The notes beneath the pieces were generated by a model. It was not told the origin of the DNA, did not search any database, and saw only the letters and a list, made by a program, of their open reading frames with translations. From Dehalococcoidia bacterium (GTDB lineage Bacteria; Chloroflexota; Dehalococcoidia; Lucifugimonadales; QGNO01), in NCBI GenBank assembly GCA_965116555.1, contig OZ220698.1, forward strand, positions 1,083,106 to 1,147,105: a stretch of DNA of 64,000 nucleotides. The letters run 5' to 3'. Below are positions 19,665 to 29,094 of the stretch, one piece after another; position 1 is the stretch's first letter; each line of letters begins with the position of its first letter. Made by a program: the position numbers and the translations under genes.

Positions 19665-19965
19665 AAAACCTCTTCCCCCTTGATGGGGGAAGATTGAGAT
19701 GGGGGTGAACCCTACCCATCTGCCCGCTCACCCAACCTGCCTCCCGACACCGTCTTTCCCGCGCAGTCTGTCCCCAACCACGATTGGGGAGCGGGAAACC
19801 AGGCGGGGTGGAGCCACCATCCAAAATCACCCCCCTTCCGTCATTGCGAGCGCAGCGAAGCAATCTGGCGGCGGGACAGCCTGTAGGGGCGGTTCGAGAA
19901 CCGCCCTCCTATCCCCCATCCCTCTCCGCGCATCTTGAGCACAATCGAAGGGAGTGAGCGGACAC
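19665..19965 (+). repeat. Palindromic repeat cluster
   Basis: AACCTCTTCCCCCTTGATGGGGGAAGATTGAGATGGGGGTGAAC plus other recurring units. Confidence 0.8.
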
Positions 19966-20082
19966 AACTGACTCTCACCCCCCTGCCCCCTTGCCCTCTT
20001 GCCCTCCTGATGATACATTCCCCAACTGGCAATCATCCTGCCATTCAAAGCCAACAACCAACGTTGTAAGGAGCAACACTTA

Positions 20083-22125
20083 ATGGAAACCTATCCGGAG
20101 CTCATCGCTGCTTCCATTGCCGTAGGAATCGTCGCATTACTCTTCTCCGTCTATCTCATCGCCAGGGTTCTCCGACAAAGCGCCGGCAATGAGACCGTTC
20201 AAGACATCGGCAAAGCCATCCAGGAAGGCGCCATGGCCTTCCTCAAGCGTGAGTACCGCATCCTCACCGTCTTTGTCGTCGTCATCGCGGTCATCATCGC
20301 CGTCTTCATCGACTACGACGTCCTGGATAAGGTCGGCTCGGACCGCTCATTGCCCTCCACCGCCATCTCATACCTGGTCGGAGCCATCGGCTCCGGTCTG
20401 GCCGGATTCGTCGGCATGACTATCGCGGTAAGGGCAAACACTCGAACCACCGCGGGCGCGGCTCAGGGCCTCAACCCCGGCCTCCGAGTAGCCTTCAACA
20501 GCGGCGCGGTAATGGGCATCACCGTCGTCGGAATAGGCATCATCGGAGTCGCCGTACTCTACTGGATCTTTCAAGACGCCAACATCGTCGCCGGATTTGG
20601 CTTCGGCGCGTCATCCATCGCCCTCTTCGCCCGCGTCGGAGGCGGTATCTACACCAAGGCCGCCGACGTCGGCGCGGACCTCGTGGGCAAGGTCGAGCAG
20701 AACATACCGGAGGACGACCCGCGGAATCCGGCCACCATCGCCGACAACGTCGGCGACAACGTCGGCGACGTCGCCGGTATGGGCGCTGACCTCTTCGAAT
20801 CCTACGTCGGCTCCATAATCGCCGCCATCGCCCTGGGAGCCACCGCCGCCGTTTTCAGTAGCTCCAGCGACTCCTTTGACGGAGCGCGCTTCGTGCTCCC
20901 GCTTCTCGTCGCCTCAATAGGCATCGTCTCATCCATATTGGGCACCTTCCTTGTCCGCACCGGAGAGAACGCCACCATGGGTCGATTGCTCTGGGCCCTT
21001 CGCACCGGCATCTACTCCGCCGGTGGACTCGTCCTCATCGGCACCGCCGTGGCCATCGCCATCCTGGGTCTCGACTTCAAGCTGTTCTGGGTCGTCCTGG
21101 TCGGTCTGGTGGTGGGACAGGTCATAGGGTTCGCCACCGAGTACTTCACCGCCTACGAATACGGCCCCACCAAGAAGCTGGCCGAGCAGGCCGTTACCGG
21201 CCCGGCCACCGTCATCATCGGCGGACTTGGCCTTGGCATGCTCAGCACCGTGGTGCCGCTGGTTGCCGTGGTCGCGGGCATCTGGATAGCCAACGAGCTG
21301 GCTGGCGTCTACGGTATTGCCCTTGCCGCAGTTGGCATGCTATCCACCCTTGGCATTACCCTGGCCACCGACGCCTACGGACCCGTGGCCGATAACGCGG
21401 GCGGCATCGCGGAGCAAGCCGGTCTTCCCCCGGAGGTCCGACAACGCACCGATGCCCTCGACGCTCTGGGCAATACGACCGCCGCTACCGGCAAAGGCTT
21501 CGCCATCGGCTCCGCCGTGCTCACCGCTCTCGCCCTCATGGTCGCCTACTCGCAGGTCGCCGACCTGGAACTTCTTGACCTGCTCGAACCCCAAGTCCTG
21601 CTCGGACTGCTCATCGGCGCGGTGCTTCCCTTTGTCTTCTCCTCCATGACCATGCAGGCCGTGGGCCGCGCCGCCAACAAGATGATCGAAGAGGTGCGGC
21701 GCCAGTTCCGCGAGATCCCCGGCATCATGGAGGGCACCGGCCGACCCGACTACGCCCGCGCCGTCGATATCAGCACCAGCGGCGCGCTCCGCGAGATGAT
21801 CCTGCCTGGGCTCATCGCCATCATCGCGCCCATAGCCGTCGGCGCAATCATGGGCGCCGAAGCCCTCGGCGGACTGCTCATAGGAGCCATCTCCGCCGGA
21901 TTCCTCCTCGCTATCACCATGGCCAATGCCGGAGGAGCCTGGGACAACGCCAAGAAATACGTGGAGCTGGGTAACTTCGGCGGCAAGGGCTCGGACACCC
22001 ACCACGCCGCCGTCGTCGGTGACACCGTCGGAGACCCGTTCAAGGACACCAGCGGCCCGTCACTTAACATCCTCATAAAGCTCATGGCCATAGTCTCCCT
22101 CGTCTTCGGCCCGCTGTTCATCTAG
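20083..22125 (+). CDS. hppA: Membrane-bound pyrophosphatase, K+-dependent, probably Na+-translocating
   Basis: GGGIYTKAADVGADLVGKVE, DNVGDNVGD, ADLFESY, GNTTAA, GDPFKDTSGPS. Confidence 0.95.
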   Translation: METYPELIAASIAVGIVALLFSVYLIARVLRQSAGNETVQDIGKAIQEGAMAFLKREYRILTVFVVVIAVIIAVFIDYDVLDKVGSDRSLPSTAISYLVGAIGSGLAGFVGMTIAVRANTRTTAGAAQGLNPGLRVAFNSGAVMGITVVGIGIIGVAVLYWIFQDANIVAGFGFGASSIALFARVGGGIYTKAADVGADLVGKVEQNIPEDDPRNPATIADNVGDNVGDVAGMGADLFESYVGSIIAAIALGATAAVFSSSSDSFDGARFVLPLLVASIGIVSSILGTFLVRTGENATMGRLLWALRTGIYSAGGLVLIGTAVAIAILGLDFKLFWVVLVGLVVGQVIGFATEYFTAYEYGPTKKLAEQAVTGPATVIIGGLGLGMLSTVVPLVAVVAGIWIANELAGVYGIALAAVGMLSTLGITLATDAYGPVADNAGGIAEQAGLPPEVRQRTDALDALGNTTAATGKGFAIGSAVLTALALMVAYSQVADLELLDLLEPQVLLGLLIGAVLPFVFSSMTMQAVGRAANKMIEEVRRQFREIPGIMEGTGRPDYARAVDISTSGALREMILPGLIAIIAPIAVGAIMGAEALGGLLIGAISAGFLLAITMANAGGAWDNAKKYVELGNFGGKGSDTHHAAVVGDTVGDPFKDTSGPSLNILIKLMAIVSLVFGPLFI

Positions 22126-22130
22126 CCCCA

Positions 22131-22710
22131 ACGTCGTTCCCCACGCAGGCAAACCTTGCAAAACCTCTTCCCCCTTGACGGGGGAAGATTGAGATGGGGG
22201 TGAACCTGCGTGGGCAGCTTAATCAACCCCGCCGACGGGCATCCAGGCCGTCCATTCCCCCGCTCATGGTGAGCCTGTCGAACCATATGAACGGGCGCCC
22301 CAAACGTCATGCCCGTGCAGGCAAACCTTGCAAAACCTCTTCCCCCTTGACGGGGGAAGATTGAGATGGGGGTGAACCGTGCGTGCACAGCCGACCCTCC
22401 CACCCCCGCTCACCCTGAGCTAGAGCTTATCCTGAGCGTAGCCGAAGGGAAGGAAATGAGCGGGCCCTCAGCCTCTGTTATTCTGTGAAGCGCCCTCATC
22501 GTCATTCCCGTGCTCGACACGGGAATCCATCCCCTCTGTCATTCTGAACGCAGTGAAGAATCCAAAATCTCTGCCCGCAAAACCGCGAACGCCCCTCTCA
22601 CGTCATGCCCGTGCAGGCTTGTCCTCGTGCCCCGACACGGGGGGCGGGAACCCAGCACACCCCCCTTTCGTCATTGCGAGCCCCGATATAGTCGGGGCGT
22701 GGCAATCTGG
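22131..22710 (+). repeat. Large cluster of nested palindromic repeats
   Basis: Two copies of the CTCTTCCCCCTTGACGGGGGAAGA unit plus CCCGCTCA...GAGCGGG, GTCATTCCCG, GTCATTCTGA and GTCATTGCGA units. Confidence 0.85.
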
Positions 22711-22843
22711 TGGTGGGGTCAACTATGCCCCATCTTGCCGAAAGTTACACAAAGTCACAGCAAATTGCACTAAAGGTTACTCAGCAGTAACACACATGAT
22801 GATAGAATGCGGTCGTGTCCATCATTCGTTAGGAGTTGAGCTA

Positions 22844-23776
22844 ATGCAAATCCAAGAACGAATTATCGTCCCCGGCCTTGGCGTCGTCATCCTGCTCTCC
22901 GCCTTTGTACTTGGCGTGCCGCTGGTATACAAGGTTCTTCTGGGGCTTCTCGGACTGGCCGCAGCCGGAACATACTTCGCGCCTCACAACGTGCAGGTGG
23001 AGACACGGATAGCTATAGCCGCACTGGGCCTGGTCATCCTCCTCATCATCAGTTCCACGGCCTTCTGGCTAATCCTGCTCTCGTTCGGAGCCATTGCCGC
23101 CTTGCAGATCCCGCATCGCCATACGCTGCAACGGTCTCCCGCCACCATTGAGTGGCTGAATGCGATGCTGAAGCGCTCCGGCGCGCCGGCCGGCGAGGCT
23201 GCCGGCGGTGGAGCCGGTGAAGAGACGGGCTCTGCAACCGCAGCCGGAAATGGCGAGAGCACCCAGGCCCCGGCCCGGTTAGGAGCCAGCGACCTCCCCG
23301 CGTTCGTGCGGATGAACCCCGCCGGCATAGGCAGCGCGATCCTCGGCGCGCTCGTCCTGCTCAGCCTCTTCATACCCTGGGTCATCTTCATGGTGACCTA
23401 CAACGACGAGTGGGAAAGCATGAGTCACACCCTCAGAGGGGCAACCGAGGCGCTGGAAGGCAACAACGTACCCCTCACCTTCTTCTACATCCTGCTCGTG
23501 GTGGGCCTGCTGAGCATCGCCTCAATCGTGCTGCCCCGCGCCGTGGTGGCTATCGTTGCCGCCATAGGCTGGATCGTCACCGCCTTCTCGTGCCTCTACT
23601 TCTTCGGGGAGCAGCCATTCACGAAAGCCCTCTTCGGAGATTTAGATTTTGTCCCGTCAGGTGTCGGCGCGATCACATTCCCCTACCTGGGCGCACTGCT
23701 GGCCGGCTTCTGCTTCACTGCCATATTCGTGCTTCAGCTCATCCCCCGCCTGAACAGGTCCAGGGGCAAGGGGTGA
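22844..23776 (+). CDS. Hypothetical multi-pass membrane protein
   Basis: AGGAG RBS before MQIQERI; two hydrophobic blocks separated by an Ala/Gly-rich linker. Confidence 0.7.
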   Translation: MQIQERIIVPGLGVVILLSAFVLGVPLVYKVLLGLLGLAAAGTYFAPHNVQVETRIAIAALGLVILLIISSTAFWLILLSFGAIAALQIPHRHTLQRSPATIEWLNAMLKRSGAPAGEAAGGGAGEETGSATAAGNGESTQAPARLGASDLPAFVRMNPAGIGSAILGALVLLSLFIPWVIFMVTYNDEWESMSHTLRGATEALEGNNVPLTFFYILLVVGLLSIASIVLPRAVVAIVAAIGWIVTAFSCLYFFGEQPFTKALFGDLDFVPSGVGAITFPYLGALLAGFCFTAIFVLQLIPRLNRSRGKG

Positions 23777-23830
23777 GATTCGTAAGATGTGTCGCGAGTT
23801 TGCCCAAAAGCGGGAGGTATGAGATAACCC

Positions 23831-25144
23831 ATGCATAAGGCGCTTCTGATTTTTGGCTTGTTGACTCTTCTAGTGGCTTGTACACAACCTGAGCCTACCC
23901 CTACTCCTACTCCAAGTCCTACGAATACTCCGGTACCAGCCCCTACATCCGTTCCTACGCCAACTCCTACAATTACGCCGACGCCGCTACCTACGAACAC
24001 ACCTACGCCGACCTTTACTCCTACGCCTATACCCTCTCCGACTCCTACACCTACACCTACGCCAGTACCCACGCCCACACCTCCCTCTACACTTACGCCA
24101 GCACCCACACCTACATCTGCCGGGCCTGACCGTGCCGTGCTCGTGGCCCTCTACAACGCCACAGACGGTCCCAACTGGACAGATAACGACAATTGGCTGA
24201 GCGACACGCCGCTCGTCGAATGGCACGGCGTCATCACCGACCGCACAGGTAGAGTCACTGCGCTGGACCTCTCTTCCAACGAGTTGAGGGGAGAGATCCC
24301 CTCGGAACTGGGCAGCCTCGCCAGCTTAGAGATTCTGCATCTCTATGACAATCAGTTGAGCGGAGAGATACCCCCAGAACTGGGCAGCCTCGCCAGTCTG
24401 CGTAGGCTGTCTCTTTATCAGAACCAGCTGAGCGGAGAGATCCCTCCAGAGTTGGGCAACCTCGCCAGCCTCGAATGGTTGAAGCTCTCCTCCAACGAAT
24501 TGAGCGGAGAAATCCCCCCGGAGCTGGGCAACCTCGCCAGCCTCGAATGGCTTCGCCTCTACCGCAACAATCTGAGCGGAGAGATACCCTCGGAGCTCGG
24601 CAGCCTCGGCAACCTCGAAATACTGGAACTCCGAAATAATGAACTGAGCGGAGAGATACCCTCTGAGTTTGGCAACCTCGTCAACCTGAGAACGTTGACC
24701 CTTTTTTCCAACGAGTTGAGTGGGGAGATCCCTTCGGAGCTGGGCAACCTCGCCAGCCTCGAATGGCTGAAGCTCTCCTCCAACGAGTTGAGTGGAGAGA
24801 TACCCTCCGAGTTGGGCAGCCTCGCCAGCCTGCGGTCTATGGAGCTCTCCGGCAATCGGTTAAGCGGGGAGATCCCCTCGGAGCTGGGCAACCTCGCCAG
24901 CTTGGAGTTTCTGTTCCTCGACCGCAACCGGTTGAGTGGAAGGATACCCGCAGAACTGGGCAACCTCGCCAGCCTTGAAACACTGCTCCTCAACCACAAC
25001 GATTTGAGTGGAGAGATACCCTCCGAGTTGGGCAATCTAGCCAGTTTGGAAAGGCTGAACATTTCTAGCAACCGGTTGAGCGGGTGCGTGCCGAGTGATC
25101 TGCGCGATGCGCGCATCTCAACCGACGATTTGGAATTCTGCTAG
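23831..25144 (+). CDS. Leucine-rich-repeat lipoprotein (plant-type 24-aa LRR) with Pro/Thr stalk
   Basis: Lipobox LVAC, (PT)n, [17 protein letters not shown] cap, 12 repeats of [20 protein letters not shown]. Confidence 0.93.
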   Translation: MHKALLIFGLLTLLVACTQPEPTPTPTPSPTNTPVPAPTSVPTPTPTITPTPLPTNTPTPTFTPTPIPSPTPTPTPTPVPTPTPPSTLTPAPTPTSAGPDRAVLVALYNATDGPNWTDNDNWLSDTPLVEWHGVITDRTGRVTALDLSSNELRGEIPSELGSLASLEILHLYDNQLSGEIPPELGSLASLRRLSLYQNQLSGEIPPELGNLASLEWLKLSSNELSGEIPPELGNLASLEWLRLYRNNLSGEIPSELGSLGNLEILELRNNELSGEIPSEFGNLVNLRTLTLFSNELSGEIPSELGNLASLEWLKLSSNELSGEIPSELGSLASLRSMELSGNRLSGEIPSELGNLASLEFLFLDRNRLSGRIPAELGNLASLETLLLNHNDLSGEIPSELGNLASLERLNISSNRLSGCVPSDLRDARISTDDLEFC

Positions 25145-25164
25145 CCAGCCCCAACCATCCCCCC

Positions 25165-26598
25165 CTACCCCGGATACCTGCTCCGCCCCCAGAAACCCTC
25201 CGGCAGCTCCAGCAGGTCTCGCACCCCTGCCCTGTCCAGCATCCTCTCCGTTGCCCTTTGCGACACCTCCAGCGCCTCCCTCTCGTCCACGCTCTTCACC
25301 ACGCGACCCTCCATCAGCACCTTCCCGTCCACCATCACCGTATCCACGTCGTGCCCGCTGGCGAAGTTGGTGATGCGGTACACCGGCATGTTCGACGGAT
25401 ATAGATGCGGCTTCTCCATGTCGACCAATATCAGGTCCGCCTTCTTGCCCGCCTCCAGCGACCCCAGCTCGCTCTCCACGCCCAGCGCCCTCGCCGAATC
25501 AATCGTCACCATCTCCAGCACCTTGCCCTGCGGCATGTACGACGGATCGTGAAAGTGCGTCCTCTGGTAGTGCATGCACTGGAACATGTGCCTGAACATG
25601 TCGAAGCCCCTGTCCGGGGCGTTCCCGTCCGAACCGAGTATCACCGTCACCCCTGCGTCTATCAGTTCAGGCACCGGGCACCGGGCCATTATTGCCGCCA
25701 CCGCGCTGGGGTTGTGCACTATCTTGGTGTCCGTCTCCCGGCAGATCTCTATCTCCTCGTCCGTCAACCCCGTTGAGTGCGATAGCAAAGCGTCCGGCCC
25801 CAGTACGCCCAGCTGCTCGTGCGCGAATTTCACCGTTCCCCTGGAGTGCCCGTCCTGCGCGAACATCACCCCGTACTTCCTGGTCAACGACCTCACAGCG
25901 TCCGCCTGCGCCTTGAGCTCCCCCGAATCGACGCGACCGCTTTCCGGGTTGTGCACCGGCAGCATCATCATCAACCGCATCCGGCCTTCCGCCCCGCCGT
26001 GCCATCTCTCTATCAGCGATTCGCTGCTGGCAAGGTAATCCTCGAATCCCACCATCCTCTCCGACCGCTTCTCACCGTTCCACTCCACGTACCTTCTTGG
26101 ATACGGCCCGTTGCTTGGCCCCACTGCCAGGAACTCCCGCGTCCCCATGCGTTCTATGGCCTCGCAGTGCCGCTCTCCGTAAACGGGACTGTCCGACCGT
26201 ACCACCATCGTCCCGCCACCCAGGAAGGTGACGCCCGCCGTCACCCCGAACTTCAGCCGCTCCAACGACGTGAGCAGCGCGTCCGCGTACCAGTACTCCT
26301 CGTCCGTGGCCTCGGCGTATATGCGGTCCGCAGTCTCCGCCCACACCCCCGGACGACCCACTCCCAACGTCTTCACCAGGCTGTGGCCCGCGTGGCCGTG
26401 ACCGTCTATCAGCCCCGGCATGACCACCTTGCCGCTTGCGTCTATCACCCTGCTTGCCCGGTGCCTGGCCTCCACCTCCCCCCTCGGCCCGACCTCCAGT
26501 ATGCGGTCGCCTTCTATTGCCACCGCACCGTTCTCAATGACCCGCCTATCCGGGTCCATGGTTATCACCCATCCACCGGCAACCAGTATGTCAGCCAT
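25165..26598 (-). CDS. Amidohydrolase family protein (SsnA/TrzA-like)
   Basis: MPGLIDGHGH, LGSDG, GSLEAGKKAD. Confidence 0.9.
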   Translation of the reverse strand: MADILVAGGWVITMDPDRRVIENGAVAIEGDRILEVGPRGEVEARHRASRVIDASGKVVMPGLIDGHGHAGHSLVKTLGVGRPGVWAETADRIYAEATDEEYWYADALLTSLERLKFGVTAGVTFLGGGTMVVRSDSPVYGERHCEAIERMGTREFLAVGPSNGPYPRRYVEWNGEKRSERMVGFEDYLASSESLIERWHGGAEGRMRLMMMLPVHNPESGRVDSGELKAQADAVRSLTRKYGVMFAQDGHSRGTVKFAHEQLGVLGPDALLSHSTGLTDEEIEICRETDTKIVHNPSAVAAIMARCPVPELIDAGVTVILGSDGNAPDRGFDMFRHMFQCMHYQRTHFHDPSYMPQGKVLEMVTIDSARALGVESELGSLEAGKKADLILVDMEKPHLYPSNMPVYRITNFASGHDVDTVMVDGKVLMEGRVVKSVDEREALEVSQRATERMLDRAGVRDLLELPEGFWGRSRYPG

Positions 26599-26600
26599 GC

Positions 26601-26963
26601 TTAACCCCCGATTATCGGCCCGTACAGCACCTGGCGTCTGTTTCTGGTGTACGGCCTGACCTGCTCCGGCCATCTGCCAAGCTCCACCGCTTTGGCCCAG
26701 TCGTCGCCCTTCAGCACGTCCGGGTTATCCAGCTCGTACAGCGCCGCGTAGGAAGGCTCGTCGTCGTGCTCGTACACCTGCAGCCCCCCGCCGATTGCTA
26801 TCTCCACCTTGGGGAACCTCTTGAACCGCACCGCCGAGAGCACTCCCGGCACCTTCAACAGCTCCGGCACGTGCTCCTGGTCGTACACCTCGTTGAACAC
26901 GTCCTCCTTACCCGGCTCCACGTCCATCCTGGTAAGCAAAAAGTACCTGCTATCTATCGGCAT
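26601..26963 (-). CDS. Small dimeric alpha-beta barrel protein (DUF4286/EthD-like)
   Basis: FNEVYDQEHVPELLKVPGV, YAALYEL; AGGAGG RBS. Confidence 0.72.
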   Translation of the reverse strand: MPIDSRYFLLTRMDVEPGKEDVFNEVYDQEHVPELLKVPGVLSAVRFKRFPKVEIAIGGGLQVYEHDDEPSYAALYELDNPDVLKGDDWAKAVELGRWPEQVRPYTRNRRQVLYGPIIGG

Positions 26964-26986
26964 CATCTCCTCCTATTCAAATGACT

Positions 26987-27090
26987 GTCATTCTGAGCGC
27001 AGCGAAGAATCCAAAACCTTTGCCCGCAAAATACCATGCCCCCCACCTCGCTCCCGCTCATCCTGAGCTTGTCGAAGGGAATGAGCGGGC
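26987..27090 (+). repeat. Palindromic repeats
   Basis: GTCATTCTGAGCGCAGCGAAGAATCC and CCCGCTCATCCTGAGCTTGTCGAAGGGAATGAGCGGG. Confidence 0.8.
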
Positions 27091-27107
27091 TCACCCCCAC
27101 GACCCCC

Positions 27108-27734
27108 CTACCGCAAGAACGGGTTGCTCCGCCTCTCATCACCCATTGTCGACCCCTCGCCGTGGCCGGGCAGCACAACCGTCGCGTCAGGCAGCGTCAG
27201 CAGCCGCGACTCGATGCTTTCCAGCAACTGCGGCCCGTCGCCGCCATCCAAATCGAAGCGGCCGATGCTCCCTTTGAACAGCGTATCGCCGGTAAACACC
27301 GTCCCCTCCCCGTAAAAGCACACCGACCCCGGCGTGTGGCCCGGCGTTTCAAGCACCCTAAGCGTCACTTCTCCCATGCACAGTTCGTCGCCGTCGCTTA
27401 GAAAGCCGTCGGGCGGTGGCGGCATCTCGTAGTCCGGTATCATCATCGGCGCCCACGACATGCTCGCCGCCATGACCCGCACGTCCGACTGGTGGATCCT
27501 GAACTCCGCGGACGTCCTCTCCTTGATCTCCTTTACCGCCCCATTGTGGTCTCCGTGGCCGTGCGTATTCACCATCAGCGCCACTCTGAGTCCGGCCTCT
27601 TCCACCGCTTGCAGTATCAGGTCGGCCTGCGCTCCGGGGTCGATCAGTATGCACTCCCCTGACTCCTCAGACCCCACGATATACGCATTCTCCGACATGG
27701 AGCCGACCACTACTTTTTTCAGGACTAGGCTCAT
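27108..27734 (-). CDS. MBL-fold metallo-hydrolase (glyoxalase II/YcbL-like)
   Basis: THGHGDH, TPGHTPGS, FTGDTLF, PGHG. Confidence 0.92.
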   Translation of the reverse strand: MSLVLKKVVVGSMSENAYIVGSEESGECILIDPGAQADLILQAVEEAGLRVALMVNTHGHGDHNGAVKEIKERTSAEFRIHQSDVRVMAASMSWAPMMIPDYEMPPPPDGFLSDGDELCMGEVTLRVLETPGHTPGSVCFYGEGTVFTGDTLFKGSIGRFDLDGGDGPQLLESIESRLLTLPDATVVLPGHGEGSTMGDERRSNPFLR

Positions 27735-27777
27735 GTATTACGTAAAGGCACAGCCACCGTCATTCCTAAGCCTCGCG

Positions 27778-27856
27778 CCCCGCTCATGGTGAGCTTGTCG
27801 AACCATATGAGCGGGCACAGCCACAATTGTCATTCTGAGCACAGCGAAGAATCCAA
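27778..27856 (+). repeat. Palindromic repeats
   Basis: CCCGCTCATGGTGAGCTTGTCGAACCATATGAGCGGG and GTCATTCTGAGCACAGCGAAGAATCC. Confidence 0.8.
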
Positions 27857-27877
27857 AGCCCCTGCCCGCCTGCTCCC

Positions 27878-28699
27878 CTACCGCTCCAGCGGATACCCCT
27901 CCTCGTTGGCCCACTCCGCAAACGATGCATCGTAGTTCGCCGCATTCTCGTACCCCAGCAGCTTCAGGGTGAACACTCCGTGCGCCGCACGGATGCCACC
28001 CTGTCAGTACGTGTACACCTGCTGCTCAGGCGTCACCCCCTTCTCCGACAGCATCGACCTGATCTCATCCGCAGGCCTGAACTCCCCCGATTCGACGTCC
28101 ATCACGTCGCTCCATTCCAGGTGCGACGCACCCGGAATGTGGCCGCTGTACTTGTTGCCTCTACTGTTCTCCCCGCTGTACTCATCCGATGCCCTTGTAT
28201 CCCAGATAACCGACCCCTCTTTGCCGATGGCCGTCTTCAATTCGTCAGCCTTCACTATCAGAGACGGGTCCACTTTGGGCGTGAAACGCCTCGGCTCAGC
28301 GGCGCTCGGCCTGTCCGTCATCGCGCGGCCCTCAGCCAGCCACTTTCGCCATCCCCCGTTCAGCACCTTCACGTTTGTATGCCCGTAGTAGCTCAGCACC
28401 CACCACAGCCTCGCCGCGTATATCGAGTGCCTGCCGCTGTAGGCCACCACCAGGGTCTCGTCTCCAATGCCGAGATTGCCCAGAAACTCCGACGCCTCCT
28501 CTGGCGCCATCACGTGCACGCTTCCGTCGCCCTTGATATAGTGGTTCTCTCCCAGGTTCACCGCACCCGGAATGTGCGCCCGGTTGTAAGCGTCCGGAAG
28601 ATCGCAGTCCACTATAACCATGTTGGCGTCGTTCAAATGCGATGCCAGCCACTCCGTATCCACCAGCATTTCCGGATGAGCATAGCCAGTTGTACTCAC
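27878..28699 (-). CDS. Two-domain sulfurtransferase (SseA/rhodanese, COG2897) with in-frame UGA, probably selenocysteine, at the active site
   Basis: HIPGA twice and LNGGWRKW; reading through TGA at 28004-28006 gives QVYTY-U-QGGIRAAH...YDASFAEW...PLER-stop. Confidence 0.9.
27965..28003 (-). promoter_or_regulatory. Candidate bacterial SECIS stem-loop immediately 3' of the UGA
   Basis: mRNA CAGGGUG-gca-UCCGUGC-GGC-GCACGGA-guguu-CACCCUG: two perfect 7-bp stems, apical loop starting with G. Confidence 0.75.
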
Positions 28700-28730
28700 G
28701 ATGAGACTCCTCCCCGCTCAATTTGCCCGA

Positions 28731-28759
28731 ATCCTAGTGACCTGCCCATCCCCTGTCAA
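28731..28759 (-). promoter_or_regulatory. Sigma70-type promoter of the sulfurtransferase gene
   Basis: TTGACA-17 bp-TAGGAT, then GAGGAG RBS. Confidence 0.6.
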
Positions 28760-28796
28760 CATAAGACACATACCCCTGCCCGTTCGCCGACGTGCC

Positions 28797-29000
28797 TGTA
28801 GGGGCGGTTCGCGAACCGCCCTGCTATCCCCCGTTCCCGCTCATCCTGAGCCTGTCGAAGGAAATGAGCGGACACATACCTCTGTCATGCTGAGGAGTCG
28901 GTTGCACCCCATCCGCCCTACACCACTCCCCGCCGACGAAGCATCCCACACCCCCCTTTCGTCATTGCGAGCGCAGCGTAGCAATCTGGTGGCGGCGCGG
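28797..29000 (+). repeat. Palindromic repeat cluster
   Basis: GTAGGGGCGGTTCGCGAACCGCCC, CCCGCTCA unit, GTCATGCTGAGGAGTCGG...CCGACGAAGCATC, GTCATTGCGAGCG unit. Confidence 0.8.
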
Positions 29001-29094
29001 GGGCAGGGCGGCTGCCCCCCTTACCCACCTGCCCGTCTCCCCTTTACGTATCCCCCATTAACCGTTAGCCTATTCGACACGGCCTCAACAGCAC

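Noticed and set aside
24270-25100. 72-bp tandem repeats as a non-coding array or DGR
   Set aside because: They are in-frame LRR codons. Variation is not adenine-specific and no reverse transcriptase is present.
28004-28006. Sulfurtransferase as a nonsense pseudogene
   Set aside because: The stop falls exactly on the catalytic Cys, the downstream frame is intact, and a SECIS-like hairpin follows. Recoding is more parsimonious, though unproven.
28754-28781. Another dif-like arm (TTATGTTGACA, minus strand)
   Set aside because: Better explained as the -35 box of the sulfurtransferase promoter; it lacks the shared left arm.
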